Origin: an uncultured Alphaproteobacteria bacterium
Lineage (GTDB): Bacteria; Pseudomonadota; Alphaproteobacteria; Rhizobiales; Hyphomicrobiaceae
Reading direction: 5' to 3'
Length of the DNA: 64,000 nucleotides
NCBI GenBank assembly: GCA_963782855.1
Contig: CAWALW010000017.1
Coordinates: forward strand, 9,823-73,822
Shown: positions 60,475 through 64,000 of the stretch, one piece after another
How the letters are laid out: each line of letters begins with the position of its first letter
How positions within the stretch are numbered: the stretch's first letter is position 1
Program-made: the position numbers and the translations under genes
The notes under the pieces: model-generated
What the model was told of the DNA's origin: nothing
Seen by the model: only the letters and a program-made list of their open reading frames with translations
Database searches by the model: none

Positions 60475-63400
60475 CTACTTGAAGCCGAACACGTCCTGGT
60501 GGTAGCGGCCGCCTTCGATCATGCCTTCGAGCCACTCGGAGGACTGCTCCAGCGTGGTGCCGCGCTTCTCCATGTGGATGCGGATCAGCGTCTCGCGCAC
60601 GGCCGGCGCCATGAAGCGGCCGTCGCCGCACACGAACACCATGCCGCTGTTCTCGAGCGCCGCCCACACCTGCTCGCGCGCCGCCCAGATCGCGTCCTGC
60701 ACGAACCGGTGCGGATGACCCGTCGGAGCTGGAGAAGGCGCGTGTGCACCTTGGCGACGCCCTGCTCCTCCCAGCCCTGCATCTCGTCGCGGTAGAACCA
60801 GTCGTGGTCGGGATGCCGGCAGCCGTAGAACAGCAGCGCGGTCGACGTCTCGATGCCCTTGGCGCGCTGCGCCGCGCGCTCCTGCAGGAAGCCCCTGCAG
60901 CGGCGCAAAGCCGGTGCCGGGTCCCACCAGGATCAGCGGCGATCTCGGGATCCTCGGGCGGCGCGAACGGCGGATTGGGCCGCCGCACGAAGCCCAGGAT
61001 TTCCTCGCCCGGCTTCGACCGCGCGCAGGTGCGAGGAGGCGACGCCCTGGTAGAAGCCGCTGCCCGACCAGGCCGGCGCCGCCACCGTGCCGACCGTCAG
61101 ATTGATGGCGTCGGGCGAGGCCAGCGGCGAGGACGAGATCGAGTAGAAGCGCGGCCGGATGGCGCGAGGTCATCTCCAGCAGGCCCGTCGAGCGTCAGCT
61201 CGATCGCCGGGATAGCGCATCAGCAGGTCGTAGACGGTGACGCGCTTGTCGGTGATGTCGCGCGCGAACGCCTTCTTGGCCTCCTCGTCCTCGGCCGATG
61301 AGCTTGCCAGCTCCTTGGTGGTGACGCGGGCAGCGCGTGTGCTCCATCAGCGCGCGCACGTCGCTGCGCGTGGCCGCGTCCTGCAGCTCGACGAAATCGG
61401 TCAGCAGCTGGCGCACGGTCACCGGCTTGCCGATCGGCAGATGCCGCATGCGGCTGCCCTGGCCGTCGAGCACCACGACCTGGTCGCGGCTGCAGGCCCA
61501 GCCGCTCGATGATGCTGTCGACGACCTCGGGCCGGTTGCGGGCATAGACCGCCAGGTGGTCGCCGGTGCGATAGGTCGACGTCCTTGGGCAGCCGGATCG
61601 TCATGTGGCGCGTGGAGGAGCGCGGCGCCTCCTTGCTGAAGTCCCACAGCCCGGTGGCGTCGCGCACCAGTTCGTCGTTGCCGATCACCTCCAGCCGATA
61701 GGCGGACTCGGGCAGCACGCTGGCGCGCGTCGCGTGCTCGTCGCTGAAGGCGATCTTGAGCTTGCGGCGCCGCGCGACAGCCGGCGGCGTCGCCCTCGCC
61801 CAGCGCCTTCCACAGCGTCGCCCATCCAGCGCTCGACGGCCTCGTCGAAATCGCCGTTGCCGTCGGCCTCGCCGCGCGGCAGCAGGTTCTTGGCGCCGGT
61901 CTGGCGCAGCGTGCTTTCGATCAGCTTGGGGAAGGCCTGGTAGGTCTTCCACTGCGTGTTGCCGACGCCGAGCACGGCGTAGGTGAGGTCGGGCCGCTCG
62001 ACCTCGCCGATGCTGCTTCTCGCGGATCGCCGTCTCCATCTTGGTGGCGCTGTCGGGCGCGCTGCCGTTGTAGGTGGAGGTGACCACGACCAGCGTGCCG
62101 TTCTCGGGCAGGCCCATCGGCGTAGTCGTCGAGCGCCGCGTTGGTCACCTGGAAGCCGCTCGCCCGCCGCGCGGTCGGCGATCTGGCCGGCGATGTCGCG
62201 GCAGGTGCCGAGGCTGGTGCCGTAGAGCACCGTCAGCACGCGGCCTTCGCCCTTCACGCCCTGGTCCGCCGTCCGGCGCGGCGCCGTTGGCTGCGTCGAC
62301 ACGACGATCGGCGCGCGACGACTTGCCGATCGGCGCGCGATCGGTGCGCGGGCGCACCTTGATCTTGAAGCCCGTCGGGCTTGATCGTCAGCGATTCCTT
62401 GATCTTCAGCTGGTAGCGCGTGTGGTCGATCAGCTTGAAGCGCTGCAGCACCATGCCGAGCACCAGCGCCGCCTCCTGCATGGCGAACTGCCGGCCGATG
62501 CAGGCGCGCTGGCCGTTGCCGAACGGCTTGTAGGCGTTGACGGGGCGCGCCGCCTCCGCCTCGCGCGTGAAGTTGTCGGGATTGAACACTTCGGGGTCGG
62601 TCGCCCCACACCTTCGGGATCGCGATGCAGCATCGGCGCCAGCACGATGGCAGTGGTAGTGCTTCTTCAGCGGATACTGGCCGCCGAGCATGCGTGTCTT
62701 CCAGCGCGTGGATGCCGAAGGCCGGCGCGGTCGGCCACAGCCGCAGCGTCTCCTTCAGGATCTGGCTGATGTAGGTGAGCTGGTTGACCTGCTGATAGGT
62801 CGGCTTGACGGAGGGATCGGGACCCAGCACGCGGTCGACCTCGGCATAGGCCTTGGCCAGCACCTCGGGGTGGTTCAGCAGCGCGTAGATCGCGAACGAC
62901 AGCAGGCCGCTGGTGGTCTCGTGCCCGGCGATCAGGAAGATGATGGTCTCGTCGCGGATCTGCGTGTCGTCGAGCCGCTGGCCCGTCTGCTTGTCGACGC
63001 CCGCCAGCATGAAGTTGAGCAGGTCCTTCTTGCTCGTCGTCCTCGCCTGCTTGCGCCGCTCCTTGATCAGGTCCTCGACCATGTCGTGCATGTAGCGCGT
63101 GTCGTCGCGCAGCTGGCGCTGCTCGCGCCGATTGATGAGGTCTTCCAGCGGCAGGCCGCGCGTCTGCATGGTGGTCTCGCAGCGAGCGCACCATGGCGTC
63201 GACGAAGGGATGGTTGCCGTCGCGATAGAACGAGTTGAAGCGGTAGTCGAAGCCGCACAGGCCGATGGTGTCGAGCGTCAGCGCGCGTCATGTCGTCGGT
63301 GACGTCGATCTCGTCGTCGGCGTTGAGGCGCTCCCACTTCAGCATGCACTGATCGGCGACATCGAGCATCGCGTCGTGGTAGCCCTGCATGGCGCGCTGC

Positions 63401-63739
63401 GCGAAGGTCGGCAGCAGGATGTTGTGCGACTTGACCAGCGCGGCTCCTGCGTGTCGGCGGTGAACAGGCCGTGCGCCACGCGGCCGCAGCCGCCGCAGCG
63501 ACGCCGCGCGTGCTCTTCTCGAAGCGCGCCTCGTCGCTCAGCTCGTCGACCAGATCGAAGCCCGACACGACCACCATCGGCTTGCCCATCATGTCGAGCC
63601 AGAAGATGGGCCCGAGCTCGCGCGCGACAGCTTCATCATGTCCTGCACCGGCGCGTCGGCCCGCACCGACAGCATGTTGCCGATCATGAAGCTTGCGCGG
63701 CGGGCTGGGGATGGGATGCAGGGGGTTGTCGCTGGCCAT
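60475..63739 (-). pseudogene. CYP102-type self-sufficient cytochrome P450 / NADPH-P450 reductase fusion (P450 BM3-like), heavily frameshifted
   Basis: P450 part: [48 protein letters not shown] and heme loop FGNGQRACIGRQFAMQEA. Flavodoxin-like part: LTVLYGTSLGT, VVTSTYNG. FAD/NADPH part through C-terminal FVCGDGRFMAPAVRETL...GRYHQDVFGFK. The pieces are scattered over all three minus frames with at least 12 shifts. Confidence 0.8.
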
Positions 63740-63951
63740 ACTGGCTACTCGCTGGCTCGATTTGCGGACGGCAGAGCAAATCTATGCATGCGCGCGCGGT
63801 GTGCTCCTGCCAACCGTGCGATGCGCTCGGCTGAGCTGCAGCAGCGCAACGGCGTAAGGCCGTCGCCGTGGTCATGCCAGGCGGCGCGGCAACCCTTGAG
63901 AAGTTCAGTCGGCCGCGGAACATTGAGTTGCGCCGCTGGCGCTCTGCGAGA

Positions 63952-64000
63952 ATGACTGAAAGCAGCACGCGACTCGCGCGATCAGCCCAGGCGACGGAGC
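63952..64000 (+). CDS. Start of a divergently transcribed regulator, probably TetR family (partial, runs off the 3' edge)
   Basis: MTESSTRLARSAQATE... The SAQAT(R/E) pattern is typical of TetR N-termini. Only 16 codons are visible. Confidence 0.3.
   Translation, partial: MTESSTRLARSAQATE

Overview
High-GC (about 65%) alphaproteobacterial chromosome segment. It looks Rhizobiales/Bradyrhizobiaceae-like, judged from GTA genes, feuPQ-cycHJKL-degP synteny and GTCATTCCCGCGAAGGCGGGAATC-type REP elements. I count about 60 protein genes and 2 tRNAs, and see no rRNA, CRISPR array, IS element or integrase. Gene order: (1) end of a gene-transfer-agent (GTA) tail cluster plus three lysis-like genes; (2) OmpR/HK pair (FeuPQ-like); (3) glycine-zipper lipoprotein; (4) PilZ-bearing processive glucan synthase with an HlyD partner; (5) ccmI-ccmE-ccmF-ccmH and degP; (6) a second OmpR/HK pair, glnE, and an ECF sigma module; (7) an HK and pepN; (8) a CoA-transferase/FAH/crotonase/SDR/S41-peptidase/IlvD-Edd block; (9) DoxX, PaaI thioesterase, Lrp; (10) a small sulfur block (DUF442, CDGSH, soxZ, soxY, fccB/soxF, cytochrome c); (11) fadE-fadJ-fadI; (12) phosphoesterase-MerR-fadD; (13) a dedicated ACP+KAS pair; (14) ELM1-like protein; (15) tRNA(CAT); (16) SIMPL, LysE, coaD, two cyclophilins, queA, tgt; (17) a NarL-type two-component system; (18) tRNA-Lys followed by a lower-GC islet with a double-glycine-leader (microcin/bacteriocin-type) peptide gene; (19) phasin; (20) a heavily frame-disrupted CYP102-type P450-reductase fusion with a divergent TetR start. 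Many genes, by my rough count 60-70 sites, have broken reading frames, and the breaks are strongly clustered. 'pseudogene' is used here operationally for any gene whose frame is interrupted in this sequence. Sequencing or assembly indels are at least as likely as real decay. Most interesting: the orphan GG-leader peptide next to tRNA-Lys; a shared TTGAC-N6-GTCAA operator upstream of fadE and the phasin gene; the PilZ-GT2/HlyD exopolysaccharide pair; the soxYZ/fccB/CDGSH/DUF442 block; and the FadD-MerR / ACP-KAS locus.
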